A stretch of DNA of 64,000 nt from Phoronis australis (GCA_002633005.1 NMRA01000048.1:1-64000); one strand, 5' to 3'; shown: positions 24,601-39,227, counted from the stretch's first letter. Made by a program: numbers and translations. Notes: a model not told the origin generated them from the sequence alone.

Positions 24601-27600
24601 ATTTTTTCACCCTCCCCCCATACCCACAATCCTCTCAGGGGGCCCTAATTTGTGCTACTTATTTAATTTAGTTTACGACTGAAATTAATTAACACTCTGG
24701 CTTATGTTAGGCGTTGATTTATTTTGCAAACCAATTTCAGAAAAAATAATTTCCAAAATTGACTTTTTGCACTATTCAAGGATTTCTAGAACATTATTGC
24801 GAACGACCACAATTTAAAAAAATTGTGTAGTGCTGAAGGTATGGTCCACATTTTGTAGGTAAAAATAAAATAAATTCATCAATGAATTTGCATTTGTCTG
24901 CATTTATTGGTAAAATTTTATGGTACCCTATGACTAATTGCTAAATAACTCTACCTTCATGGACATTACTTTTTATGCTGTGAGATGTCGGGTCCGTGTA
25001 TGATACTGGTTAACCTTTAGTCATACATCTGGAGGCATTATATGATTAAGACAGTATACTGCACATCATCCATTGTTCAGTTATCATATATACTGATAGT
25101 GTAATCAACAAGTGTTATGGTCTTTGTACATTGATTGTTATATAGATAGGATAGTTCAGATGTCAGGTATGAGCAGAGACTCAGGTGTGGCATATGACTC
25201 AGTATAACTTAGGCTTGGTCTGCACTTGCTGCTGGTGGGGGAGACCCTCGAATAGTACTACATGGTGTAGTTCAAGTTTGTGTCCACCTCCCTCTAGGAT
25301 GCTGAAAGGGGATCCCAACTGAAGTTTTAGAAAAAAAAATTGCTGGCTTTAAGGCCCCAAAATTTGCATGCTGGCGGCAATTTTTGTCGTACCCCTGAGT
25401 GCCACTGAATCTGTATAAAGCAAACGCTATATGGATTCTGCAAATGACTGGTCTAGTTATTCTGATGTTCATGATGGTTTCATCATAAGTGCAGAGTAGT
25501 CCGTTTTTGAAGGACAGTCAGCACTGAGTGAAATTTCTTGTCTGTAAAACAACTTCTCTGACACATATAAATGACGGAACTTTTGATATAAAGATCAACA
25601 CTGATGTTACTGCAAAGGGTAGAAGTTAAATTCAATTTCTACACAATCAAAGACGATTTGGACAGTTACATTTTGTAGCTAAAAAGTGATTTTAACTAGT
25701 GATCTTTGATGTTTGCTGTGCTGGGCTTGTAAGAAAGTCTGTGTTGTTATATCCAAATTTAACATCCCATACGTGTGAAAAATACCTTCAATGCACCTAC
25801 CGTACTATTTTATAGGTCAAGTTTGAAAAACTATACACACTGCAAGCAAAGCTAGCCCTGAAGTGAATGCATAGTGATATGAGTTGTGAGAAAAATGTCT
25901 GTGTAAATATTTGTTGTGCGAACTGGAGATATTGGATTTTATTGTGGAGAGCAAAAACACGAACAAAAGTCTTTTGTAGATGATACAATTCACCAATTTT
26001 TCAATGTGTACCTAATCCACGGGGCATATTGGAAAGTTGGTCATGCAAAAAATCCTGCATCTCAATGAATCCTCTAGGTATCCGAGGAACTATCGTACTT
26101 TAACTTTTAAATTACAAAATCAGCGGGGTGATGTGCTGGGGACCCCTTTTGCATCAAGCATGGAAGCATATATTGGGCTTACCGTACTGCCTTTGAGCAA
26201 ATTTCGATGTAAAAATCACAGGACTGACACTTGTATGTTCGGTAACAAGAACTGTTTCAGTTTCTGGATATGTTGCATAATCTAGACTCATAGCTGGTGG
26301 TTTAACTTGCCTCTATCGAAACTGAAAATTGTCATGGATATATGGCTGGGCTGTAAAGGCAGTGGCGATGTTTGGTTCAGATCAGAACGATGGGACACAT
26401 GTGAGGTAATGTCTTTGGTTTCATTTTAAGCAGCTTACGGGATTTCTTATTTTGATTCTCTTGAGGTGACAGCTACATCAGGTAGAGTGTAGGTGATACA
26501 AAACAAGAAATTTAATGTCTGTGGAATTTTCAAGGTTTCATAAATATACTGGTTTCGCTTTGTTTTATAAAACTTTAAAGACTTTGAAAGTCTCAGTGAC
26601 CAAGAACTTTAATAATTAAATGGCCAGTGAAGTTTGTTATTTTGAATTTCATTAAATTTTGAATGCATTGGGAGAACACCGCTAGATGCTTTTGACATAT
26701 GGTGAGACTATGCTAAACTTCTTGACTGATACTAACTGCCAGATATTTCCTGCAAACAGTTTGAAGGTCTCACAACAAGCTTTTGTGAAAATCCAGGTCA
26801 TACTATTGTTGTTACCTGGTTTCAGGCTTATCTGCCAAGCTCTTTAAAAATTCACATTTTTCTCACATAAGTTCAAATGATGTCGTAGCGTTTAATCACC
26901 TCCAACAGACAGAGCTGCAGAAGTGACAACATATTTCAATTTTGAATTAATGTACCTGTAGATATTCTTTCAACAGTTATGTTTTTTTTCTTTTCTGACC
27001 ATGTTCGAAATTTTAGATCAGTTTCACTCTGTGCTTACCCATCCCACTCATGACATGTCCAAGGGATTTCCAGTTTCACAACTGACTCCATGTTTAAAAC
27101 ATGTGTAGTCTAAAACAATTAGTGAGTCATGCACTGCCAGTTAGCCAATACACAATTGTAGATGTGGATTATCTCTTCCTGGCAGACCAAGCTGTGAGTA
27201 GGGTTTATCTTAGCATTTATGGCTGGTAATATGGTCATGAATCACATCACTGGATCATGTGATCAAACAATCTCACTCTGGCTGGTCTGTTGTCATGTTA
27301 TCACATATTTGTTTCGATTTGCCTACACGAATTTAGATGTCATTTGCCTATAACCGAACACGAATTTGTCTCTTTAAAGGGTAAGCACAATTGCTAAGCT
27401 TGCTTGTTAAATGGCCTTAACATGCATTCTCTTACTACACGTTCATGTGTTGTTGTTATGTTAATTAACTTTTTTACCTTACGTGTAAAATATGTGAATG
27501 TTAACAAGGACAACTGAACAACAATATTTTTTCATTTCCGAGTTAGATTACTCAAGTTTTATCTATAGATCTTGTCTTTTGTGTGTGTCACCTGACACAA

Positions 27601-29268
27601 CTTCTTTGAAAGAGCTTTCAGTTCAAATGAGGACTTTTTGTCATTGGTAGTTTTGGGAAATGGTTATGTGCACATTACATGTATATAAATTGTAAGGATC
27701 TTTTCTTACTAACCAATTGGTAGACTTTCTTTAAATTGAGGAGATATTGACGTACATTCTTGTAGATGTTAATAATGTTATTATACTTCAAAGTTCACAA
27801 AAGCAGAATTGATAACACATGATATTTACTGTTTGCTAACATCTGGGGTCAAATATCAGCCAATCTAGCATTTCTATTTGTATTCATGACAAATGCTTTG
27901 AGGCTGAGTAGCGCAGTGGTCGAAGACATGTGCACATTTCATAATTTCATATTTTTGGTGCAGTTTTGCTTATAGTGTTTTTATTGCCAAATGAGATTTC
28001 TAAAGCCTGTAGCAACTATAGTGATAGAAATCAGTTTTTTTTTCTGAATCGATCAACTGGTTAGAAATTCTGGCAAGAGGCTCTATCCTGAATCTGAGTT
28101 TTGAGTGACCTTGTTTGTTTGCTGTGACAGGCATTGAGACCGAATCAAAACACTGGTGGTTTCGGTTTCTCCGCGTGATGCTGCCCTATGCTATAGAAGA
28201 ATATATGTGTACAGGCGAAGTGTCGTCGCCCCGTTTATATGACTACAAAAAAATTCTAGCAATGTGGTGAGGATTAGCTTGTGCTGATAGGACTTGCCTT
28301 GATTGCATGTATTGTCATTTTTTTAGCACGATCTCAGAAACAATTTTGCCGTCTTGGAATTCGATTCTATGTTTTCCTTGAGCGATGAAGTTGGCGATAT
28401 ATCATCAAATCGTTGCAACACCAGTTGCAAGATTGTGAATATTCAAGATTTTACCATGATATAGTTAACAACCTTGACCTTTTATTAATGTTTCAATGTT
28501 GGAGCTGATAATGTCTAGACTGTGTTGGAGAGTTAATCAATGGCTGTTGGATTCCCAGTTATACTCAGTGTAGATTAAATCAAGCACTGGCTCATCATTA
28601 GAGACCCACAATGATTTCAAAGAGCCATATCCATCCAGTAGGTATTGTAACATGATGGTGACTCATAACCTTAAGTATTAATTGACAATTAGTTTAAGGT
28701 CTTTCATTGATTACTGCAAGACATGCTGCTTCATAGTATTTTGAGCCATTGACAGTTCAAAGTTCAAATTCCTCATTGTTATTTTTGTATGAATCATGTC
28801 TGCAGTGCAAAAAAACGTGTCACGATTGGGAAAAATCACAAAGCACTGTATGCATACTGATGAACTATTGCCAAGGTTTATGTGCGTTGCAACTGGGCAC
28901 CTGATTCATATCTCTGACATGTCATCATGTATCTTTAACAAATGATCAGTATTGTGTTGCCCCAGTGTTACTGAGAGAGCAAATTGTTTGTGATTTGTTC
29001 ATGTAGGTTTGAGACCTATTGGAATCCAAATGCAAGTTTACCTGGCCACACGCGCAGAGTTAGTTAAAAAGGATACAACAATGATTTTTAGATAACTTCT
29101 TTCTTATTTCAAGGTAGCTTAATTAAATAGCCCATGGGGCTGTCTCATAGGAGGGGTTCAAAGTTGGAACGTGCTACCATCTTGAATTGATGGGTATTCA
29201 TGGTATCGCCATCTGTGTGGTGATCATGGGGGTTAGTTGTTTGACATTGTTTTCGGGTGTGGCAGTTT

Positions 29269-29681
29269 CAAGGTACCTAAACTACATGGTTAACGAACTC
29301 ACGGTCTCAGACGCATGAACACGACTCAAGGACCTGCAAACATCATCCACTGACTTACAAACAAGGGAACGGACTCACAAAACACGATCCACGCACCCAA
29401 ATACACAGGACACGGACTCATATTCATGAGGAAACACGGTTAACGAACCGCCAAACACGGGTCGTGGACTCATCGGCTTCCTCAGGGTCAGCTGGCATCT
29501 TCATTTTGTCCACTAAACCGTGTTTGGCAGTCCATTAACTGTGTTTCCTCGTGAATATGAGTCCGTGTGTGGATCGTGTTTTGTGAGTCCGTTCCCGTGT
29601 TTGTGAGTCAGTGGACGGTGTAAATTGCAGGTCCATGAGTCGTGTTTATGAGTCCGTTGACCGTGTAGTTTAGGTACCTTG
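29269..29681. mobile_element. Foldback MITE, CAAGGTACCTAAACT family, copy 2 (5-bp TSD AGTTT)
   Basis: Same termini and central ATCGGCTTCCT...GGGTCAGCTG loop as copies 1 and 3; AGTTT on both flanks. Confidence 0.92.
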
Positions 29682-30180
29682 AGTTTACTGATTGCTGAGG
29701 TATTGCTTTGGTAGCACACCCATGTCAGAGGAGAACCCCTGGATGACACATGTGACCCTCGGTCATTATAGCTGATTGTGAAAATTTTAAGCTATGACAG
29801 AATTGCATTTTTTTAGTCAGATTTTTCAAATGCTATTTCCATTAGGCCTACTTATCAGTGTCAGTTAGTTATGTCTTTATGTGTGTAACCAATGAACACG
29901 AAAGACAAAGTTCACGTACCATTTCCACTCGCATCATTTAAATTATGATCAGCATTAATACAACATTGTGTTGTTCTCATGGCTTCCATTTTTGCTAGAT
30001 CTCTGCACATTAGTGTAACCATGATGGAATTAGTGTTTTTTGTGATATCTGAACTTATCTTTCAGTCCCCATGATCTGGGTCAGATAAGTGCTCATTTCA
30101 ATAGCAGTGTTCATGTGCAACGTCCCACTAGACAAGTTACACCCTTATGAAAAAGCTTCAGGAAATTCTAATCCCGAAAG

Positions 30181-30330
30181 CCAGTGAGAATCTCACTGGA
30201 TTCCAGTTAGATTCCAGTGAGAATCTAACTAATTAAGATGCCATTTAAATTAGTGAGAAAAAAATTCTCACTCTAGTGAGAATACAGTGATATTCCAGTT
30301 AGAATTCAGTGAGAATCTAACTAATTTGCA
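30181..30330. repeat. Cluster of short direct and inverted repeats (CCAGTGAGAATCTCACTGG-type)
   Basis: AGTGAGAA occurs five times, with the palindrome CCAGTGAGAATCTCACTGG at 30181 and a duplicated TTCCAGTTAGA...CAGTGAGAATCTAACTAATT block. Confidence 0.65.
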
Positions 30331-30861
30331 TANTACCCTAATGTCACATCCTGGAACCTCTGCCAATAACTAATTAGTTTTGTCTTTGGTTTCCTGCCAC
30401 GAGATCAGTGCCCTGTATTGGCTGAAAATGCCTAGATAGCCAAAAACTGGCTGGGTTCGCCAGTGCCTGTTCAGCTATTGCCATTAATGTATATTCTGCA
30501 GTGTCATGTGTCTCAACCACTGTGTTACCCTGCATTGATCAACTTGATTCACCCAGCTGGCCATGCATCTATCTATGTATGCAGTACACATACACATGTG
30601 AGCACAAGAGCATGACTCAGAATAGGAATAACAAAACCTTTTCACAGATTGGGGAATGGTTGAAAAATTACATGTACACACATACAGGCATTTAATCAAG
30701 ACAAGCAGAATAATGAAAATGAAAAGATCCTGATCTAGATGTCTTGACAAGACTGTCTAGCTGCAGGCATTTCAATCCTGTGACAGCCATGGGATCTATA
30801 CAGTGTAGCTGAGATGCTCTATAGCTGGTATTAGCTGCAGGGACAACCTGCTATGAGTGAG

Positions 30862-30917
30862 CTCGCTCTCCCTCTCCCCCCTCTCCTCTCTCTGCCCCCC
30901 TCTTCTCCCCCTCTCTC
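30862..30917 (+). repeat. C/T-rich polypyrimidine low-complexity tract
   Basis: About 55 nt almost entirely C and T. Confidence 0.75.
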
Positions 30918-31745
30918 AAAACTCTCATTGTAATTGACATGGCCCAGCTTTATTTTTGTTTACTCCGTTTGTTGTCTGGTTGTTGTTATTTTACTGATGA
31001 TGATCTCAGGGCAACTACCTCTCCAAACCAAAATATTTCAATCTGGTCTCTAATGGCATGCTTGTGTAACCTACCCTGGTCCTGACAACAGCATGCAATG
31101 ACAGTGACTGTTTCTCAGGGTTGTGGGAGGAAAACTGCCAGCAGTTGGTAGTACTACCATTAAGGTCCCCTTGTGGTAACGTTTCCGCTGTTAGGAATGA
31201 AATTTAAAGCTCCCTACTGCATTTTGCTCACAGTAACTTTTGTAGCTGATAAATGAGCTTCTTTTAATTACCGGGTATATAAGTATTGAAGTGTTTGTAC
31301 AAAGCTCTGTCAATCTCACACTTACTCAGTGTGGAATCAGTAGCAAATACCCACATACCCATGTTACATTGAATATCTCGATTTAGTTTTAACTCTACTT
31401 GAGAACAGTTTCTAAATCCAGGTATCAGTTCATTGTCAAGTGTTATAGAACAGGCCTTTTGTCTCCTATCAGGACTTCTATGCCACCATGAAAACATGCA
31501 TCACAGTGAACAAGTCCATTCAGTTAGAAATACTAATTGCCAACAAAGCGTAACTATTTATCTATATCGTTTTATCATATTTCTTTGAAGAAAAATGACC
31601 TAACAAATTTTTCATGAGGAATTCAGTTTCAGAAGACAAAAGGTTTTAAAAGAAAGTCATTAATTTCACTGTATGCTATTGTAAGTTATTTCAGCCATTG
31701 AATGGGTTTCATTCACTGCTGTAAAGTAATGGTTTTTTTGGTAAC

Positions 31746-31897
31746 CAGTGGCAGATTTAAGGGGGTGGGGCATGGCCCCCCTAAGGTTCTCCCAGTCTCC
31801 ATTTGGCAGCATGGAGGTGCAAATGTCTGACAGGCAAAATCGTGGCTAATACTCTGCCCAGTGGCCACCCCTAACTCAAAATCCTGTATCCGGCCTG
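31746..31897. mobile_element. Short hAT-like MITE (CAGTGGCAGATTT...ATCCGGCCTG)
   Basis: Imperfect TIRs with G-run/C-run subterminal motifs (GGGGCATGGCCCCCC). A related left end is at ~40880-40955. Confidence 0.55.
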
Positions 31898-32599
31898 TTA
31901 ACTGTCCTGCTCTCTGGACACATGAAAAGGACTTAAGCCGCATTTACATGAGAGACAGTTCACCCGGCGCAGCTAACGCGGAACTGCTGAGCTCACTAAC
32001 TCTGGTGCAAGTGTATGTGTGTAAACATTACTGACACGAAGCGAGTGACACCAGCGGCCATTTTTTGACAGCAGTTTAATGGGTAGAGCGAGTTTACGCC
32101 AGATCAGTTGCTCCTGTATCAATCACACCCAAGCACAACTGGGACAGAGCGGAAAGGGATCAACTTTCTATGCACTAGCGCAATAGCGTGTATTTAGGTT
32201 ATCAGCTGGCATATTCCTCATGGTTTTTAGACATTGCTAATTGTTCATTTGCGTATGCGCAGACAGTCATCCTGTAAGTGACTCATGCTGATCCAGTTTG
32301 CGTTCTTATGTCGTGTAAATGCGACTAAAGTGGAGCAAGTGCTTTTTCTCAGACTGCTATTGTTCTAATGTCTGCCTATGGCATGTCATAAATACAGGTC
32401 TGCAAGGTAAACAAGCTATTAAGTCATCAAAACAAGAAACTTTGAAATGCGCTGTACTTTTAGGCTTCAAATTTTGATACAACGTTTCTTAATTGGGGGC
32501 CATGTTGACCTAGCACCACCTCTGAGTTTTCTTCCACATTGTAGAGAAAATGATTCATCATTAGTCACCATTTATTAAAAATTTCGCTTTCTTTTTCAG

Positions 32600-32736
32600 A
32601 TGAGTTTCTTAAAGTCACCTGTCAGTCCTACAGTTGGTTGACTTGACCAGCTTAGTGTTGTGGGCAGATAATTTGTTGTTGAACACGCTCAAAGTTGTTG
32701 AAACGTTGTTATCGATCGGATTTCAAAATTGTTAAG
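32600..32736 (+). other. Candidate non-coding (5' UTR) exon of the + strand gene
   Basis: Strong acceptor tttcgctttctttttcag|A and consensus donor AAG|GTAAGC. Contains only a 13-codon uORF. Confidence 0.45.
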
Positions 32737-35700
32737 GTAAGCTCCCAATTGTTGTTTCGGAGAGGCACACCGTCTATGTAACTGATGGGTATGATGTTAA
32801 ACTCCATCAAGTTCTCTGAAGATTTTTTGCAAACTAATTTAACCATGGGTAAACATTTCACCATTTTGAACATGGGCACGTAATAAAAAGACTTGGCAAA
32901 ACAACACAAGTTAGTCTCTAAAAGTCGGACTGATGCTGTATTTTTTATGGCAGTATTTAAGTTCGTTTTAGAATTACTATTTTTGTATCAAAGCTATTAA
33001 TGTCATAATCAATGAGTCATTTTTGTAAAATTAATAAATTTGTCAAGAGTATCAAAAAGAGATGTTCGGATTATGAATACCAAGAATGTCATTTGGCCCT
33101 AGAACATGATTCAAAGTGCTGCAGGTTTGATTGTGTCTGCTATATAAAAACAAGACAGTGAAGTTATGAGAAACATTATGAACGAAGTCTGAGTGTGTAG
33201 CAGAATTTCTATTAAATTATACAACATAACTTGGCAAAAGTATATGTTTTCTGACAATAAAAAGTCTACTATAATTCAGTTTTTAATTTTTACCAAGTTG
33301 CTGTCAATGTCTTTTAAAGTAAAGTTAAGAAGAGAGAAAGGACCACTCATAGCAGAACAACGACATCAAAACATAACCAATTTCTGTCGATGTACGTATT
33401 GAAGATGAAATCTCAAAAACAGCCTATGTAATATCAAAAAATTAGGTACACGGTGGTATTAACCAGTCGTGTCGTAACACATTCCAGTTCATGTGAGATA
33501 TATATGTGAGATTCCAAAATTATCCTAATTTTTACATTTTTCTAGGTTTGAATACAAATAGAGTACCTTTAAAGACCTGGTCGCACGCGTTGTTAACCCT
33601 TATTACATGGTTAGAGGATGTTATAAGGATCCAAGAAGTACCTACCCCATAACTAATACACAATTCGTACTCGAAAAAAGTTTAAATGAACGTGCCACTC
33701 ACGATTCGCACCCGAAGAACCACCGCCATTTTGAACTTGCCGCAAACCCGGAAGTACAATTCATTCAGGAACCCGCGGGCTAAGAAAACGCCGTCAGTGT
33801 GAATTGACGAGTTCCTGTTACCAGCTTGCAAACGGGGATAAAATAATAGACAGCCCGCCTGAATTTTAATAAAATCAAAATACGGACAACTTTATTAAAT
33901 TTGCTGATTAGAAATGTGGGGAATAAATTTTGACAGAAATTATTTTGCCAGACTCTGGACCGCAGCGTATCGGGACCCGGTGCCGAGACCAGACACTGGC
34001 GAACGGTAAATGCATGCGGTTGCGAGCTGTTTTGTCGAAGTAAAATGCTCAAATCATAAATGCCGCATATATTCAAAGATAGTTTCAGACACTTGCATGA
34101 AACTACGGGCTGGTTAGTCCTGTGTCGCACTGCCGCGGCAGACCTTAGCTAGCCTCAGTGCCAGCTACCAGTGAAGACTATCGTCAAAATACAGCTTGTT
34201 AGCACATTTAGGCCTATACAGCTTTGCGCCAAGGCTACCCTTAGGACTAACTGCTCGCTCAAACGAGGTTTATTTACAACTTGGGTACTTCTGGTGAACT
34301 GTGCAAAGTTGTTGGCTTTCAATAGAGATTTGCTCAGACTTTGTATGAGCGCACCAAGGCTAAAAGAATGGGGGGCTGGAATTTTTGGGAATATCTATAT
34401 TTACTATAAGATTCACTGGGTATGTTCAGAGCTATGAATTGCAGATGCTAAATTTTGGTACTTCCAGTCTTCTAGTGGAATATTGTTTTATTTTCTACTT
34501 TTTTTCGGAATTCGTGCTTCTCTGAGACCTTTTTCCATTTCTCCAAATAGGGGGCTCGTTCGAGCACATTAGTATGACAAGTCCAATACAAAATGTTATT
34601 ATTTTTATTCATTAACCTAAAAGGATTCAAACTTTTAACATAATAAGTAACTTAAAATGTACAATGCTTTACAACATTTAGCATTACAAACACTATTCAA
34701 CACATGCACGCACCCAGCCTTCAATATGGGGGGCTCAAATTCCCGGCGATGTGGGGCTTTTGCTAAAAAAAGAGTAGGCGGACTAAAAAAAAAAACGGGA
34801 GCACCACTGTGAATTGCGCGTTTGCGCTTCTTTAGTGGACTTTTGTGCCATTTTCTCGGGCTTTTTGTCTCTCGGGGCGGACCTTTTTGCCCACTTCGCC
34901 AAATGGGGGGCTCGTTTAGTCCCAGTGTGGGTCAATTTACTCATGGCTATGTTTTTTTTAAAAGATTCGTGCATTGTATGTCTACAAAGTCTGTTGAGAG
35001 ACGGAATTGGTGCAAATTTCTAGCCGTGGACAAAGCTGGGGTTAAATGATTGACGTCAAGTCAAATCCCTTTCACACTTGGTAGAGGATGCATGGTATTT
35101 GTCATCTCGGATACATATTCAATGATCATGCCTTGAAGATACTCCTCCTGCCTCATTTCAGCTGGTTACACATGTAATAATGTAATTCAGTTCAGTCGAA
35201 ACTGAATCCCCAATATTGCTCACTCTATACCACTCCAAATGATTTCACACTTAACTAATTTAATATGAGTTTTTTAGTTTAATTTTTATTTTTGGTGGTG
35301 CACAACAACCTTAAATGGCCACTATAGTGAGTGACAGCTGACACATGCATTATGGGTACTCAGCTCAACTACTGCCATATGTAATGAGGTTTCCTTGGAA
35401 GCCACTCCCACTTTAAAATTTAACGAAATAATGTGAAAATAGTGCAAACACAAACTAGGCTGAAAATTATGAAATTATGTTAGTGATAACTTTTGACTAA
35501 CGGAAATTCATCTTCAGTGTCCTAAACTAGTGAAGGAAATAGAATGATTAACTGACATTGGTAAATTGAAGAATAGTTACGGATATCTCAAACAATATTC
35601 ACAAACATTGTATGTTTTTACGATGTTCCACATATAAATCTAACAAAATATGTTATCTTCATTCTCGGGGAACTGCAAATATGAAATATATTCCATGTAG

Positions 35701-36265
35701 TGAGAAAAAAGATATAACTGAACCACCTTCATTGGAACTACACAACAGTGTGGAAATTTCTTTACTACCTCTCTGAGGTCAAAGGTGACAGGGCTGTCAC
35801 TCAAATCAAACCTCCTGCCAGGCATGGAGCAGCTCTGTATGTACTCTCAGTCCTCTTCATTCACCGTAATATTGAGTCAACGAGGTGCACATATGATTGA
35901 AAGATGCCAGGGGGAACGAAGACAAAACCCCTGTCAGACTGGAGATGGCCGCAAACTTAACACATTTTAGCTATAATTACAAAAATAGCTTACATTTTGC
36001 GAGTTGATATGTCATAGAAATCAAACTAAAAGTCTAATCGAAAATTCCTTACATTGTTTCTGAGGTAACTTGTGAAGTTTTCAAAAGTTTTCATTAAAAT
36101 CGACGGGTTATTTTGCTATGAATGTACCTTTCTTAAAACTGAAATTTTGATTTAAAAAAGCTATTAACATAATAATAATGGCTCATAAATATAAAACATA
36201 TTTTTGTAATCCCCAATCTTTTTTCTTTCAGAAAATAGAATCTACTTTTACTAGTTGACAAAGCG

Positions 36266-38850
36266 TTTTTTTCATCATTTACAAACAATTACAAAAACAA
36301 ACAAACAAATAAGTACACCATTCATTCACGCATGCACACCTCAGGAAGACCATTCTCATATCTCGTTTAAAGTAAATATCTTCTACATGAAGTTAACATG
36401 AACTATAGAATTTTCCCATTTCGCAGAGAAGCTGTCATATACAAAGTTTTTATGTGCATTTAATTTTTCAGCATTATAGTATTCATAAGTTTTTGTAACG
36501 AACTTGAGAAAATTAGGTATATTTTTGTGACATCTCTCCTTGTAAATGTACTGTTTAGCTAGTAGAAGCAAAATGTTAAATAGAAAATCATGCGTCTTGT
36601 AAAGTCCAAGAATAACACTATCGTAAGACAGACAGTTGGGAAGCTGAATGCCACACTTTTGAAGTAGCTTTCCGAATTCCTTCCACTGGCAGAAATCTTG
36701 TACAAAGCTACATTCCCAAAAAAGGTGTGACAGCATCTCTGAAGCTTTATTACAAAAGGAACATAGATCAGAATCCCTAACACATATTTTGACTAAAAAG
36801 GTATTTGTAGCAATAATTCTATGTAGTATTCTAAATTGGAACCATCTAATATGGGGATCCTTTGTAATTTTGTAAGGTAAAGCATGTATTTTCTTCCAGT
36901 CTAAACTATCTCCTAGCTCTATTTCCCATTTACATTCTGACTTAGGTTTCTTAATGTTATTAAAGACTGAACAAATATGTCTACAACCCTTCAAATCTTT
37001 CCGTAAGTGAGTAATTGCTAAAGGCATGCAAGGAGAGTAGACATTAACACTTTTAAATTTACTTTGAAATAGACTTTTTTGAAACCTTCTTAGAACAGAA
37101 ACAACACCATTATATTCTACAAAGTTGGTTTTTACGTCGAACCTATTTTTCATATTGTTTAGACTAACAAAATCATCATCAGAGGTATACATATCTTTAA
37201 TAAATCTTAAGCCTTTTACAAACCAAGGCTTATAAAAAACAGCTGTGCCTCCGATTGCCAAGTTACTATTAAACCACAAAGGTTGGTTCAAAAAGTCCTC
37301 TTTACTCGCAACAATTATTTTCTTGTAGAAAGATAACATACTTCCAAATACGTCGCGCCAGTAGGAATTACCAATTAGAGTTAACATCACTTAATAAAGT
37401 CATCACCAAATGAAGCAAAATTCTTTAAGAACGGGTAGAGTGCGTACAGTAATTCACCACTTTTAGACGCAGGGCTTTCCAGATATCTACGGGCCGTAGC
37501 GAGTTTTAAAGCTTTGCTGAAAGTATGCATATTAACCATTTGAATTCCCCCTTGATCAAGTCCTAAACAGGCCGTAGTTTGTTTAATTTTATCATTACGG
37601 GCCTGCCATACGAATCTAAAAAATGTCGTATTCAATTCACCCAAGACTTTCACTGGTGAATTTGGTAAACTTGACAACAAAAAATTAAGTTTAGAAATAG
37701 CTAATGTTTTAATTACCGTTACTTTACCAAACGGCGTTAAATTTCGTCGACTCCAATTTTTTAGTAAAGACTTGATCTCAGTTATTCTTGCAGTGAAGTT
37801 CTTATGCGTCATACTATCCAACTGAGTGTCAAAATCCACCCCCAAAAATCTAAAAGATTTTTTGTCCAAGACAAAATTTCTTTTTTAAGAATCACGTCAT
37901 CACTACCAGTTTTACTTCCAAACCATATGGCTTTTGTTTTATCCACATTCAGTTGGAGACCGGAGACACTAGCAAACAAATGTAGTACATTCAGTGTGGT
38001 AGTCAATGACAAATTCGACCCATCCAACGTAATTGATGTGTCGTCCGTATATTGCGAAATCAAATATTCCTTATTCCCAGCAACTACACCAGCAATATTT
38101 TTATTATTCTTGATTAAATATGCCAAAATCTCCACGCACAATATAAAAATGTAGGGAGACAAAGGGTCACCTTGTCTGCAGCTACGCGAAATATTGAACC
38201 AAGAAGATGAGTGACCATTTACGACAACACAGGACTTAATATTACTGTAAAAGACTTTCACCCATCTTCTGATCGACCAACCAAAATTAAGGAAATATAA
38301 AGTTTTTTGAATAAAATTCCACGACAATGAATCAAATGCTTTCTCAAAATCAATCAGTAAAAGCAATCCAGGTTTGTTAGCTGCCTGAGCATAAAACATT
38401 AAATCATATAGCACTCGGATATTTTCGTTCATATTTCTTCCAGAAACGAAACCTGTCTGGTCCTTACTGATTACTTTTCCCAAAACGGATTTTAACCGTT
38501 CAGCTACTGCCAAAGAAGCCAATTTATATGTCACATTGAGCAAGGATATGGGTCTCCAGTTTTTCAAATAATGATTACTTTTATCTGCTCCCTTAGGGAT
38601 GCAGGTGATCACTCCCTCTTTCTGTGGTGAGGAGAACTGGCCAACAGCAAAACCTATATTAAGTGAGCGAACAACGAAATGTCCAATGTCAGCCCAAAAA
38701 AAATTCAAAAATTCCACTGAAAAACCATCAGAGCCTGGGCTTTTGTTGTTTTTCATTTTTTTCAAGCATTGTGTGACTTCTTCATACGTAAGAAGACCTT
38801 CTAATTTTTCTTTTTCTGTCTCAGACAAAGCCTGTTTTTTGGTATATGAG
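36266..38850 (-). mobile_element. 5'-truncated L1/Tx1-clade non-LTR retrotransposon (RT plus C-terminal zinc knuckle), frameshifted
   Basis: Three overlapping minus-strand ORFs (37809-38945, 37387-37869, 36383-37390) carry KSPGSDG, NWRPISLLNVTYK, LIDFEKAFDS, CRQGDPLSP, SQYTDD and CSFC...HLFWEC. A short (TTTG)n-containing 3' UTR and A-tail lie near 36266-36310. ORF1 and the endonuclease domain are absent. Confidence 0.95.
36383..38850 (-). pseudogene. LINE ORF2 reverse transcriptase pseudogene
   Basis: Frameshifts near 37840 and 37388. The catalytic motif reads YTDD rather than YADD. Confidence 0.9.
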
Positions 38851-39140
38851 TTGGAATGGAGGCCACTAAATAAGGTTTGTGGTAACCTTAAGGCTGTCTT
38901 ATGTTGAGCTCCTGACATACATGTACAGCATTGCTGCGCAAACATCGGAAGGATTAATTGAGACTTTTCATGTGATTTGACGGAATTGCTGAGGTTAAAA
39001 TTTGGTCGCGCTGGGGGATGATAATGTCACTTGACTGAGATCCTTTGTACTCATTAACTTATGCTGGACTGAGCTTAAAAATACTTGTTCTTTTCCCATG
39101 ATATTTAGCAGTGAGATTGATCAGTGTTTTGTTTTTCAGG

Positions 39141-39227
39141 ATGTGTCTTTCATTGGATCAACCCGAGAGCTGGACTCTTGAGAAATGTTTTGGTTTCGCA
39201 ACTCCTCCACATTCTGGCTTTGAATGG
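39141..39227 (+). CDS. Candidate coding exon 1 of N-terminal module A of the + strand regulatory gene
   Basis: Acceptor gtttttcag|G then ATG. Reads MCLSLDQPESWTLEKCFGFATPPHSGFEW and ends TGG|gtaaga (phase 0), in frame with the 40084 exon. Confidence 0.5.

Noticed and set aside
26334-26405. Possible extra first exon MDIWLGCKGSGDVWFRSERWDTCE ending GAG|gtaatg (phase 0, compatible with the 40084 exon)
   Set aside because: Short, with no homology or promoter support; plausibly chance.
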